This document shows, in pieces, positions 26,878-36,277 of a stretch of 64,000 bases of DNA. A program made the translations under genes and the position numbers. The DNA comes from a virus, in IMG/VR virus record IMGVR_UViG_3300037225_000856, positions 48,404-112,403 of that record. The stretch is one strand, 5' to 3'. Numbering within the stretch: position 1 is the stretch's first letter; every line of letters starts with the position of its first letter. Below the pieces are notes generated by a model. The model had not been told where the DNA came from, searched no databases, and saw only the letters and a program-made list of their open reading frames with translations.

Positions 26878-29517
26878 ATGACTTACGATAACTTCTTAAA
26901 ATTATTGGATGAATTTGAAGAAATACAATCATTTGCAAAGAAAATTGAATTCGCTAATCGATATTTTCAAAGAATAGGTAGTGGGTCAGGTAGAATAGTT
27001 TATGATATTGACGGCACTAAAGTTTTTAAATTGGCAAAGAATGCCAAAGGCGTTGCTCAAAATGAAGCTGAAATAAATATTGGTTCATATCATGACACTC
27101 ATAGTATAGTTACAAAAGTTTTAGAAAGTGATAATAATGGTAGTTGGATTATTTCCGAAAAAGCAAAAAAGGTTAACGAAAACAGAATTAAACAATTAAC
27201 TGGCATTCCAAGTCTAAATGATTTATTTTATTTTCTTAGAAATCATGAAGACAACATTAAAGGTGGCAAGGGTATATTTGGTCAGGATGCAGATATTAAA
27301 GAGTTATTAAATGATAATGAATTTGCTATTGAATTAGAAGACATAATGGCAAATTATTCTGTATCTGCTGGCGACTTAGGCAGACCAAGCACATACGGTG
27401 AAGTTCTTCGTGACGGTCAGCCAACAATTGTTTTAACTGATTATGGATTAACAGGTGAAGTGTATAATACTCATTACAGTCCAAATAGAAAGAAAAATTA
27501 TCGCCTTTTTGAATTGTATGATAATTATGATGGTAATGATGATATACTTGGAGATATGCCACCACAAGATGCAATTGATACACGTAGAGGCATGTGGGCG
27601 CAAATACCTTACAGCGTAGGCGATGGTAGCGGTGTGATAAATGAAGGTTTTATATCATTTATACTTGACAGAGATAAGTATCCGACAAGAGTGTTGCCGA
27701 GCGCACCATATATAGTCGATGAATTTCATAATTGTGTAAATAATATTGACGAAACTTTGAATCATGTTAAAAATAAAAAGAAATTTTATGAAAATTTATT
27801 GAAACTTCAAGAATATCTTATTGAACAAAAATTTTATGACAGAGAACCTTTAGGTGAAATTGTATATTTAAAAGAAGACGGTAGTGCTTTATATTCTACT
27901 GATAATGCAATGGGACAAGATAATTTTCCTGTACATAATAATATCGATACTTCACCTTCAATTAGAAATGATCTTGATGCAAATAGAGATAAAATTAATG
28001 AAGAAAAATGGACAGGTAAAGCGTATAGAGTAGAATCTGGTTTTAGTAATTTACGTGATACAACTGCCGGGGATGTTGTAAGATTTGAAAGAGATGAATT
28101 GGGAAATGTAGGTGATTTTGCGCACATTACTGATGAAAAATTAAAAGAATTAAATAATTATTCTGCTCATGATATTGCTTGGTATACAAAAAATTTTGAA
28201 GATGCTAAAAGATATTCAGAAACAGACGATTTTTCAGATATTGAAGAATATGAATTATCTGGCGAAATTATTGCTACCGATGGTGATGGTGGATATTTAG
28301 TTTTAAATAATCAATTGAAAGAAGATTTAGAATATCATAATGTGGTGGGAGATGCCACAAAAGATCAATACATGTTGGATGAAAGACAATTATCTTCAAT
28401 GGCTGGCAGCAGTACTGTTGAAATAAAAAAGAAATGTAGATTAGGTGGTTTAGGAAATACAAGTGCGCAGTGCAATTGGGGTGATATTAATGCTGTAGAT
28501 ATTAAACCGCTTAAAGAAGAGGTTAATGAAGAAGTTAATGCAAAAGAAATGCGCAGCGATATTGCTGCAATTAAATCAATTCTAAATGGAAAGAGAGGGG
28601 TTGCTTTTACTGAAATAAACAAATCCATTGCTCAAAAACTTGAAAAAAAGAAAATTGGTGTTATTCCTACAAGAATGACTTCAAATAACACAATGTTTGC
28701 AATTATATATACCGATAAGGTTAATGCATATTTACTTTATGAATTTGCAAAGAAAAATAATGGATATCTTTTAGATAAAACTTCAGAAGAAGCACGTGAG
28801 ATTGGAAAATTATTGAATTATTCACCAAGCGATATAGAGCAACACATTCGTAATAAATATAATAAAAAACCACCATTAATGCCCGACAAGTCACCGGATG
28901 ATTTTAATGACTTGGCTGAAAATGCTTCACTGGACTTTTGGGATTTGAATGAAGAAAAATTTCCTGAATTCGAAAAAGATATTCAGCAAGACCTTACAAC
29001 ACATCAATTGGATAAAAAATATATAAGAAGTTATCAGGACGGAGAACATACATACAATGTTTATGCTGTTAATGGTGATGAAGTTCGTGATAGTGGTTTT
29101 ATTGAATGGGTAGATGGTGGTAACCATTGGGTTGATGCCGATTTACCGAAAATCGAACAAAAATATGCAAAACATATTGGAGAAAATGATTATTGGATTG
29201 ATGATGTGTTTATGGTTAAACCAGCAGACTTTGAAGCAATATTATTACATGAGAGAACAGAAAGTTTTATCATAAGACATTATGGTTATGAATATAATGA
29301 TGCTCATAATATTGCGAACAAAGTTGAAATGATGTTTAGAAAAAAAATACCTGATGGAGCAAATCGTGCTCTTGCTGAGAAAATTTATGATATATTTGTA
29401 GCTAATTTCAAACCAGAAAAGAGTAAACAGAAACATAAACCAGTAAATGAAATGTTAAATGAAGCACAAATAATTTTAATTAATATCAATGAAGCAAAAT
29501 CAATGATGAAAATATGA
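26878..29517 (+). CDS. Multidomain (polyvalent) protein: N-terminal kinase-like domain, degenerate ART-like segment, C-terminal HExxE..H zincin-like domain
   Basis: IGSGSGRIVY...VFKLA...NEAE...GDL...LTDYG (protein-kinase fold); AYR...WYTKNFEDAKRY; LLHERTE...YNDAH; many [LIV]xE linkers. Confidence 0.65.
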   Translation: MTYDNFLKLLDEFEEIQSFAKKIEFANRYFQRIGSGSGRIVYDIDGTKVFKLAKNAKGVAQNEAEINIGSYHDTHSIVTKVLESDNNGSWIISEKAKKVNENRIKQLTGIPSLNDLFYFLRNHEDNIKGGKGIFGQDADIKELLNDNEFAIELEDIMANYSVSAGDLGRPSTYGEVLRDGQPTIVLTDYGLTGEVYNTHYSPNRKKNYRLFELYDNYDGNDDILGDMPPQDAIDTRRGMWAQIPYSVGDGSGVINEGFISFILDRDKYPTRVLPSAPYIVDEFHNCVNNIDETLNHVKNKKKFYENLLKLQEYLIEQKFYDREPLGEIVYLKEDGSALYSTDNAMGQDNFPVHNNIDTSPSIRNDLDANRDKINEEKWTGKAYRVESGFSNLRDTTAGDVVRFERDELGNVGDFAHITDEKLKELNNYSAHDIAWYTKNFEDAKRYSETDDFSDIEEYELSGEIIATDGDGGYLVLNNQLKEDLEYHNVVGDATKDQYMLDERQLSSMAGSSTVEIKKKCRLGGLGNTSAQCNWGDINAVDIKPLKEEVNEEVNAKEMRSDIAAIKSILNGKRGVAFTEINKSIAQKLEKKKIGVIPTRMTSNNTMFAIIYTDKVNAYLLYEFAKKNNGYLLDKTSEEAREIGKLLNYSPSDIEQHIRNKYNKKPPLMPDKSPDDFNDLAENASLDFWDLNEEKFPEFEKDIQQDLTTHQLDKKYIRSYQDGEHTYNVYAVNGDEVRDSGFIEWVDGGNHWVDADLPKIEQKYAKHIGENDYWIDDVFMVKPADFEAILLHERTESFIIRHYGYEYNDAHNIANKVEMMFRKKIPDGANRALAEKIYDIFVANFKPEKSKQKHKPVNEMLNEAQIILININEAKSMMKI

Positions 29518-30368
29518 ATAAAAATACTTGGACTAATAATGAAATAATATTATTAAAAAATAATTTTGCAATAAAAACAAATGAGGAATTAATTAGTTTA
29601 TTTTCAAATAGAACAATTATGTCAATTAAAGTTAAAGCAAAACGACTTAAATTAAGAAAAAATAAAGAAACTGAATTTAGAAATAGAAGTATTGCTCATC
29701 TGGGAGAAAAAAATTCAATGTGGGGTAAAATATCTAAAATACATGGAAAAAATTATGATGATTATTATGGTAGTGAAAAATCAAAAGAAATAAAAACTAA
29801 ATTATCAAAAGATAAGATTGAAAAACATAAAAATGGTGTATTAAATACTTCTGGTATTAATAATGGTATGTTTGGTAAAATATCACCAAATAGAGGAATA
29901 ACAATGGTAATTGAACAAAGAAAAAAAATATCTGATGCAAAAAAAGTATATTGGAATAATTTATCGGATAAAAGAAAAAATGAATTAAATTTAATTAGAA
30001 TTAATAATATTTATAAAAACAAAATAATTGATACTAAACCTGAAATTATTATTGAAAATTATCTTAAAGAAATTAATGTTTATTATAGAAAAAAAGAAAT
30101 TGTCGGATATTATAATTGTGATTTTATGATTAATGATAAATTAATTATTGAAGTGCAAGGAGATTATTGGCATGCAAATCCAATTAAATATTTAAATAAA
30201 AAATTAACATTAGCACAACAAAATAACATACATAGAGATAAAAGAAAGTTTACTTATTTAAGTAATCGTAATTATAAAATATTATATTTGTGGGAAAATG
30301 ATATATATCGAAATTTGAACATTTGTAAAAATCAAATAAATAATTTAATATATGGGAAAACTGAATGA
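29514..30368 (+). CDS. Putative homing endonuclease (NUMOD3-like + Vsr/DUF559-like nuclease)
   Basis: GEKNSMWGK and NGMFGK repeats; TKPE...CDF...IIEVQGDYWH...YLWE. Confidence 0.8.
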   Translation: MNKNTWTNNEIILLKNNFAIKTNEELISLFSNRTIMSIKVKAKRLKLRKNKETEFRNRSIAHLGEKNSMWGKISKIHGKNYDDYYGSEKSKEIKTKLSKDKIEKHKNGVLNTSGINNGMFGKISPNRGITMVIEQRKKISDAKKVYWNNLSDKRKNELNLIRINNIYKNKIIDTKPEIIIENYLKEINVYYRKKEIVGYYNCDFMINDKLIIEVQGDYWHANPIKYLNKKLTLAQQNNIHRDKRKFTYLSNRNYKILYLWENDIYRNLNICKNQINNLIYGKTE

Positions 30369-33300
30369 TTTTATATTAATATTAAAGCAAAAACCTTTTA
30401 TTAAATCACTAATAAATGATTTAAAATCAGATGTTTATGTAGTTGGTGGAGTTGTGCGTGATCTTATACTTAATAAACCCAATAAAGATATTGATTTGGT
30501 GGTTGGAAAAGTACCAATAGACAAATTAGTTGCACATTTACAAAAATTTGGTAAGGTAGATGTTGTGGGTAAATCATTTGGAGTCATTAAATTCATTGAT
30601 AATGAGGGTATTGATTATGATATTGCTTTACCGAGACGAGAAACTAAAAACAGTGAGGGTGGATATCGTGGATTTGATGTACAAAGTGATGAAAATCTTC
30701 CAATTGAAGACGAATTAATTAGAAGGGACGCTAAGATGAATGCTATGGCTATTAATATTAATACAAATAAATTTATTGACCCATTGGGAGGATTAGAAGA
30801 TATAAAAAATAAACAAATATCTGCAGCAAATCCAGAGGCGTTTTCAGATGACCCATTAAGAGCTATAAGATTCTGTTCATTTGCTTCACGTTTTGGATTT
30901 ACTATTGACCCAGACACAATGAAAATGATTCAAAAAAATGCTGGGAGAGTAAAAGAAATAGCACCAGAGAGAATTTTGACAGAATTTGATAAAATTGTCA
31001 AAAAGGGAAACAAACTATTGGCTGCAACACTACTTGATGAAACTGGTTTGCTTAAAGAAATATTTGGTAGAGGACTATATTATGATTTCAGAAATACAAA
31101 AGAACCCTTTGATAAAGTAAAAACAATGAGTGAATTTATTTATTTGTTAAGTAAAAATCTTGTTAATGACCCTGCAGAGTTTTACAAAAATAATCTTAAA
31201 GGTGATGAAAATACATACAGAGAAATAAAAGCACTTCAAATAGCATATGATAGCGGTGAAGCAACCAATTTAATTGAAGCAAGATCAATTGCACATAATA
31301 TGTACGTGATATCTCCAATATCATTACAAAGTCAGATATTGCCAAATGTAATTAAAACTGCTGCACAAGAATTATTTGAAGGCAAGTATCCCAAAACTGT
31401 TAATGAATTGGCAGTAAATGGTAATGATTTAATGGAACTTGGTTTACAAGGTAAAGTAATTGGTGATATGCAAAAATCATTATTATTAAAGATTTATTCA
31501 AATAAAATTAGGAATAATAAAGAAGAATTGCTAAATTTGGCGGGTCAAAATAAACCAATGATTAAAGAAGAAGTTAGCGAAAGAATTGAATATGGAGCAT
31601 TGTTATTATTTCTCGATATTCCAATTTGGAATAAAATTACATCAATAATCAATAAAGAAGATTTATATGATGAAGAAGGTTATGGTATTGAATCTGACCC
31701 ACATGTTACAATATTATATGGTTTCCATGATGAAGTTACTGCTGAAGAAGTGTTTGATTTATATAAATTAAATATACCATTAAAACCAATTGAAATACGT
31801 ATTAAAGGTATTAATATTTTTGAAACTTTTAAATTTGACGTAGTAAAATTTGATGTCGAATCCGATATACTTAAAAAAGCACATGAGATAATGAAAGATT
31901 TGCCAAATACTGAAGATTTCCCTGATTATCATCCGCATATAACAATTGCATGTGTAAAAAAAGGTGAGGGCAAAAAATATACTAAACCATTTGAAAAAGA
32001 AATAATATTAAAAGGTAATAAATTAATATATTCTACTAAAGGTCAAAGAGGTGATGCTGGCGAAAAACTAATGCTTGAAGGTGTTGCTGATAGATATGCG
32101 GAGAAAACATTCAACATACCCGACCCAAATACTCAGAATGATGTACAGGCAATGGGAGATATACAAAAAAGTGTTGAAGAACCTATTGGTTATGTTACAC
32201 CTTACTCCTCAAATGATTCAGCTAAAGAAGTACCAATATATTTAAATCCAAAGTCATTAACTAATTTTGCTGATAATGTCAGGGTAATTGTAAATGATAA
32301 AGGAGATTTATATATTGCACAGGAAGATGGCAGATTTAATCATGGCATGATGGCAAAGGCATTAGGTTTATTTGCTTCTGATAATGGAATATATAATGAT
32401 ATGGATGAATATCAATTATTGCATAGAGTAGACAACACTAATGCATTTGGGTTAGGCGATACTGCTGAAGATTATATTGAAAGAAAATATGAAAATAGAG
32501 TATATTTATTAAACATATTACGTCAGGCAAAAAGAAAAAATCCACAATATGATTTTTATAATGAATATTATGCGAATATAAAAGGTGAACCAGTAAGTCT
32601 TAATGAATTTGCTTATCCTGAAATAAGACCAGAAGAAAAAAATACTTGGAATATAAATGGAGAAAATGTTGATATTAAGTTTTTTGTTGAAAAATATGAC
32701 ATATGGAATCAGGGTGGATATGCAGACCCTTCAGAAGCATCTGTGTTAGAATTTCTTCAAAATAATTATGAAGATTTCATTCATGACGAGAAACTTAAAA
32801 AAGAATTACTTGTGGCTTTAACTGATAGAAATGTATTAGATGAAACGGTTTTAAATGAAATGTCAATTCAGACAATAGATTATACCGATATTATTACTCC
32901 AGAATATATTAAAGAAGTAGAAATGAGTGATAATTATGAAAGATATATTGAATATTATCAGTATGAAGAAAATATGGTTCATGTTGACAAAGAAGAAATT
33001 GAAAAAACTGAAAATTTTAAAAAATGGTTCAGATATGAATTAAGTGTCAGATATGAGGATGTTGTTGATAATATAACAAATAAAATAAAACCTGATGGTA
33101 CTATTGATATTTGGAGAAGAATAAAAGTTGATGATATTTGGGTTAATCATCTTTTACAAGCGGGAAAACATTTGGGTATTTATTGGTCATGGGATGAACG
33201 TGCTGCAGAAGCACATTGGGGTGATACAGCAAAAAACAGTAATGCATTAATAAAATCTTCAATAAATGAAAAATATATTGATTGGAAAAATACAATATAT

Positions 33301-33462
33301 GCAAACATGGATTTAAGTCTTGGTGAAGATGAAAAAGAAATAAGATTGTTTAAAAATACATCATTAAAAATTGAAGAATTAAATATTGATGGTCAAAATG
33401 TTGAAGATATTATGGGAAGCGATTATGAATTACAATTAAGAAATAAAACATTTTATGCGTAA
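30352..33462 (+). CDS. Polyvalent protein: class II CCA-adding/poly(A) nucleotidyltransferase + Acb1-like 2H phosphoesterase + unknown domains + R-S-E ADP-ribosyltransferase-like domain
   Basis: VGGVVRD..KDIDL, RRD..MNAMA, DPLGG..D, FSDDPLRAIR, ERILTEF; PHVTILYG and YHPHITIA (two HxT motifs); IWR...GIYWSWD...EDEKEIRL. Confidence 0.8.
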   Translation: MGKLNDFILILKQKPFIKSLINDLKSDVYVVGGVVRDLILNKPNKDIDLVVGKVPIDKLVAHLQKFGKVDVVGKSFGVIKFIDNEGIDYDIALPRRETKNSEGGYRGFDVQSDENLPIEDELIRRDAKMNAMAININTNKFIDPLGGLEDIKNKQISAANPEAFSDDPLRAIRFCSFASRFGFTIDPDTMKMIQKNAGRVKEIAPERILTEFDKIVKKGNKLLAATLLDETGLLKEIFGRGLYYDFRNTKEPFDKVKTMSEFIYLLSKNLVNDPAEFYKNNLKGDENTYREIKALQIAYDSGEATNLIEARSIAHNMYVISPISLQSQILPNVIKTAAQELFEGKYPKTVNELAVNGNDLMELGLQGKVIGDMQKSLLLKIYSNKIRNNKEELLNLAGQNKPMIKEEVSERIEYGALLLFLDIPIWNKITSIINKEDLYDEEGYGIESDPHVTILYGFHDEVTAEEVFDLYKLNIPLKPIEIRIKGINIFETFKFDVVKFDVESDILKKAHEIMKDLPNTEDFPDYHPHITIACVKKGEGKKYTKPFEKEIILKGNKLIYSTKGQRGDAGEKLMLEGVADRYAEKTFNIPDPNTQNDVQAMGDIQKSVEEPIGYVTPYSSNDSAKEVPIYLNPKSLTNFADNVRVIVNDKGDLYIAQEDGRFNHGMMAKALGLFASDNGIYNDMDEYQLLHRVDNTNAFGLGDTAEDYIERKYENRVYLLNILRQAKRKNPQYDFYNEYYANIKGEPVSLNEFAYPEIRPEEKNTWNINGENVDIKFFVEKYDIWNQGGYADPSEASVLEFLQNNYEDFIHDEKLKKELLVALTDRNVLDETVLNEMSIQTIDYTDIITPEYIKEVEMSDNYERYIEYYQYEENMVHVDKEEIEKTENFKKWFRYELSVRYEDVVDNITNKIKPDGTIDIWRRIKVDDIWVNHLLQAGKHLGIYWSWDERAAEAHWGDTAKNSNALIKSSINEKYIDWKNTIYANMDLSLGEDEKEIRLFKNTSLKIEELNIDGQNVEDIMGSDYELQLRNKTFYA

Positions 33463-34111
33463 AGAAAAATTACTTAAAGAGCAACAGCGAAATAAATTAC
33501 TTGAAGATTCTGGTGTCAATCTGGTTCAGGGTGCAAATTTAATATCAGTTGATATACAGCCAGAATATGAAAGTTATATTACGTTTAATTTGGATTCATT
33601 CATAATGTTTTTAAATAAAAATATTAATGTTATAAATTCATTAACTTTCTTGTACAATGGTCAGGATACTTTGGGAATGGTAAATGAAGCAGGATATAGA
33701 GATTGGTTATATGAAAATGGATTACAAGAAGAAGTTTTGGATTCAGCCAGATTTTATGATAAAGGATATGCGTTTTTCAGATATTGCATGGATGAAGGTA
33801 TTGAAGAAGAAGAAACTGTAAATTTGGTAAAATACATGATTCAAAACAACATTAATGACAGTAGGGACATTGATGAAGAAATGTGGAATGGTTTTATGCA
33901 AGAATATGGATATGATTCAAGTGCTGTTAGAGATTTACTTGAATCAGCAGCAGATATGATAAATATTCCAGATTTAATGGATTATTTAAGAAGATTTGGT
34001 GGAAAATTAGTAATATGCGGTGGTGGTATTAATGAATGTTTTAAAGAAGTTGAAATTGCATTAACAGCATTGGGAAAAAATTATAATGTCTTAACAAAAT
34101 TTACTTATTAA
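33455..34111 (+). CDS. Isochorismatase/nicotinamidase-like cysteine hydrolase
   Basis: LISVDIQ (Asp), FYDKG (Lys), ICGGGINEC (Cys) give the D-K-C triad in the expected order. Confidence 0.6.
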   Translation: MRKEKLLKEQQRNKLLEDSGVNLVQGANLISVDIQPEYESYITFNLDSFIMFLNKNINVINSLTFLYNGQDTLGMVNEAGYRDWLYENGLQEEVLDSARFYDKGYAFFRYCMDEGIEEEETVNLVKYMIQNNINDSRDIDEEMWNGFMQEYGYDSSAVRDLLESAADMINIPDLMDYLRRFGGKLVICGGGINECFKEVEIALTALGKNYNVLTKFTY

Positions 34112-34160
34112 TTTTATTATTATATAAGTGTGAGTTACTAAATCCTATAAAGTATTTATT

Positions 34161-34337
34161 ATGAAAAGCAAAGACAAAACAAGAACAGTTACACCAATGG
34201 ATGTAGCCAAATTTTTAGGTGTTGAAAAAGAATATAAAGAAGTTCTTTTTGAACAAGAACTGAAAGAAAATCATGATATTATTATGAGTAATAATATCGA
34301 AGAAAATAATACTATTAGAAAAGATAACAATAAATGA
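34161..34337 (+). CDS. 58-aa mini-protein duplicating the C-terminal module of the downstream gene
   Basis: MKSKDKTRTVTPMDVAKFLGVEKEYKEVLFEQELKEN...; ATGA overlap with 34334; alternative start at 34197; GTATTTATT at 34152. Confidence 0.55.
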   Translation: MKSKDKTRTVTPMDVAKFLGVEKEYKEVLFEQELKENHDIIMSNNIEENNTIRKDNNK

Positions 34338-35893
34338 AAGCATTAAATGAAGCATTTGTTATAAGCAAAAGAACAGATCAGAAGGGTAATTATATTGCAT
34401 ATATTGACCCGAATAAGCCAGAAAACAAAGAAACTTTTAAATACAAAGACATATTTAAGAATCATGGTGCTAAATGGAATAATGATTATAAATTTTGGTT
34501 TTGGTATATAGGCAAAACAAAAGATCAATGGCAAAACGTTTACAGTCATTTCATTGAACCAGCATTAAAAGAAGTACATGCATTAGAAGGTGCTCCAGAA
34601 GAAGAAAGTGCTGCAGCATTAATATCATCACTGGATGCTCTTTTGTCAGAAATTAGTGCAACACCAACCACTACAAATCCAGAAAATGACGCTGAACTTA
34701 CGCCTGACGAAAAAAGAGCACTTATTGATAAATTAGGAAAGTTTAAAGAAACTTTGGTCAATATTGATAGCGATGAAGAATTTAAAAAAACAATGCAAAT
34801 TATTTTATCTTTTAAAAATTCTCAAGGACATTCATATAGTTTCATGAATAGCATATTGATTATGATTCAAAATCCTAATGCAAGTTTAGTAAAAAGCGAA
34901 ATCAACTGGAATAGATTTAATAGAAGTGTTGTTGATAAGAAAAATAGAATGATTATACGTTCTCCGAGTAAGAGAGCAATGAGACCATATTCTAAAATTG
35001 AAAAAGAAAAAATTACTGGAGAATTTTTAAAGTCAGTTGGTAAAAATACCTATAATGAATTGGGTCCGGGTGAACGTGAACGTCTTGGCGTTCAACTTCG
35101 TGGAGCGTTTAGTGGTCATGATTTTGACTATACGTTTGTATATGATGTTTCGAATACTCAACAAATGGAAGGCAAAGAAAATTTCTTGGGTGATTATGAA
35201 AAACGTAAAGAGATTAAATGGTTTGAAGAAAACATGATAAGTGAAGAAATCAGACCAATATATAAATCATTGCTTGATTTTGCTCAAGAAAACGGAGTTA
35301 AAATAGAATTGGTTGATGAATTGGATGGTGCAAGAGGTGTTAGTCATAATGGTATGATTCAAATTTTAAAAAACGAAGGCAATGATGTTGGTTTAACAAA
35401 AACATTGGCACATGAAATTGCACATGAATTATTACATCAAAGTTATATGAAAAATAAGAATTCAAAATATTCACAATATTTTGTAGGTAAAGCTGAAGGC
35501 AGAGATGCTGTTGAACAACAAGCTGAATTGACAGCATGGATGGTATTAGGCTCATTTAATTTTGACTTGAAAACAACTTCCTTAAATTATGCAGCAATGT
35601 GGGGTGCTGATAAAGATGCTATGATTCGTGTATTTGATACAGTATCTGGTGTTGTCAGTATGTTGGTGGATTATATTAGCAGGAAAATTAAAAATAATGC
35701 AAACAATGCTGTACCACAAAATAACACAAATGCAGCTACACCACAAAATGAAACGCTTGACAATACATCAAGAACAGTTACTCCAATGGACGTAGCAAGA
35801 TTTATTGGTGTTGAAAAAGAGTACCAAGATGTTTTAAATAAAAATAAAAGCGAACTGGTAGAAAATTTCTACAGTTTATTAAAAAAATTATGA
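34334..35893 (+). CDS. ArdC-N-like ssDNA-binding domain + ImmA/IrrE-like metallopeptidase (polyvalent anti-restriction type)
   Basis: GAKWN...W N-terminal domain; YSFMNSILIMIQNPNA...W; VYDVSNT; TLAHEIAHELLH...EQQAE. Confidence 0.75.
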   Translation: MKALNEAFVISKRTDQKGNYIAYIDPNKPENKETFKYKDIFKNHGAKWNNDYKFWFWYIGKTKDQWQNVYSHFIEPALKEVHALEGAPEEESAAALISSLDALLSEISATPTTTNPENDAELTPDEKRALIDKLGKFKETLVNIDSDEEFKKTMQIILSFKNSQGHSYSFMNSILIMIQNPNASLVKSEINWNRFNRSVVDKKNRMIIRSPSKRAMRPYSKIEKEKITGEFLKSVGKNTYNELGPGERERLGVQLRGAFSGHDFDYTFVYDVSNTQQMEGKENFLGDYEKRKEIKWFEENMISEEIRPIYKSLLDFAQENGVKIELVDELDGARGVSHNGMIQILKNEGNDVGLTKTLAHEIAHELLHQSYMKNKNSKYSQYFVGKAEGRDAVEQQAELTAWMVLGSFNFDLKTTSLNYAAMWGADKDAMIRVFDTVSGVVSMLVDYISRKIKNNANNAVPQNNTNAATPQNETLDNTSRTVTPMDVARFIGVEKEYQDVLNKNKSELVENFYSLLKKL

Positions 35894-36276
35894 GTAATAT
35901 ATCATATAGTGCAGTTGTACTTGACGAACAATCAAGAGAAAGATTAATCAACAGGTTTAAATCAATAATTCCAGAAGGATTTGAAATTATTGCGCATCAT
36001 ATGACTGTTAATTTGGGTGAAATTGACCCTGAATATGAAAAGTATCTTGGCTTAGCTGTACGTTTAACTGTTAATGATATTGCTATGGATGATAAAGTAA
36101 TTGCAGTTGGCGTATCATCAGGAATTAATAGTCATAATACCAAAGCACATATAACATTGGCAGTAAATAAGGCAAATGGTGGCAAACCAGTGATGTCAAA
36201 TTATCTAACTAATTGGGAGAAATTACGCAGACCATTATTATTAAGAGGAAAAATAACTCAAGTAGAATTTAAATAA
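35890..36276 (+). CDS. 2H phosphoesterase (RNA-repair cyclic phosphodiesterase type)
   Basis: AHHMT and AHITLA HxT motifs; GKPVMSN. Confidence 0.75.
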   Translation: MSNISYSAVVLDEQSRERLINRFKSIIPEGFEIIAHHMTVNLGEIDPEYEKYLGLAVRLTVNDIAMDDKVIAVGVSSGINSHNTKAHITLAVNKANGGKPVMSNYLTNWEKLRRPLLLRGKITQVEFK

Positions 36277-36277
36277 A

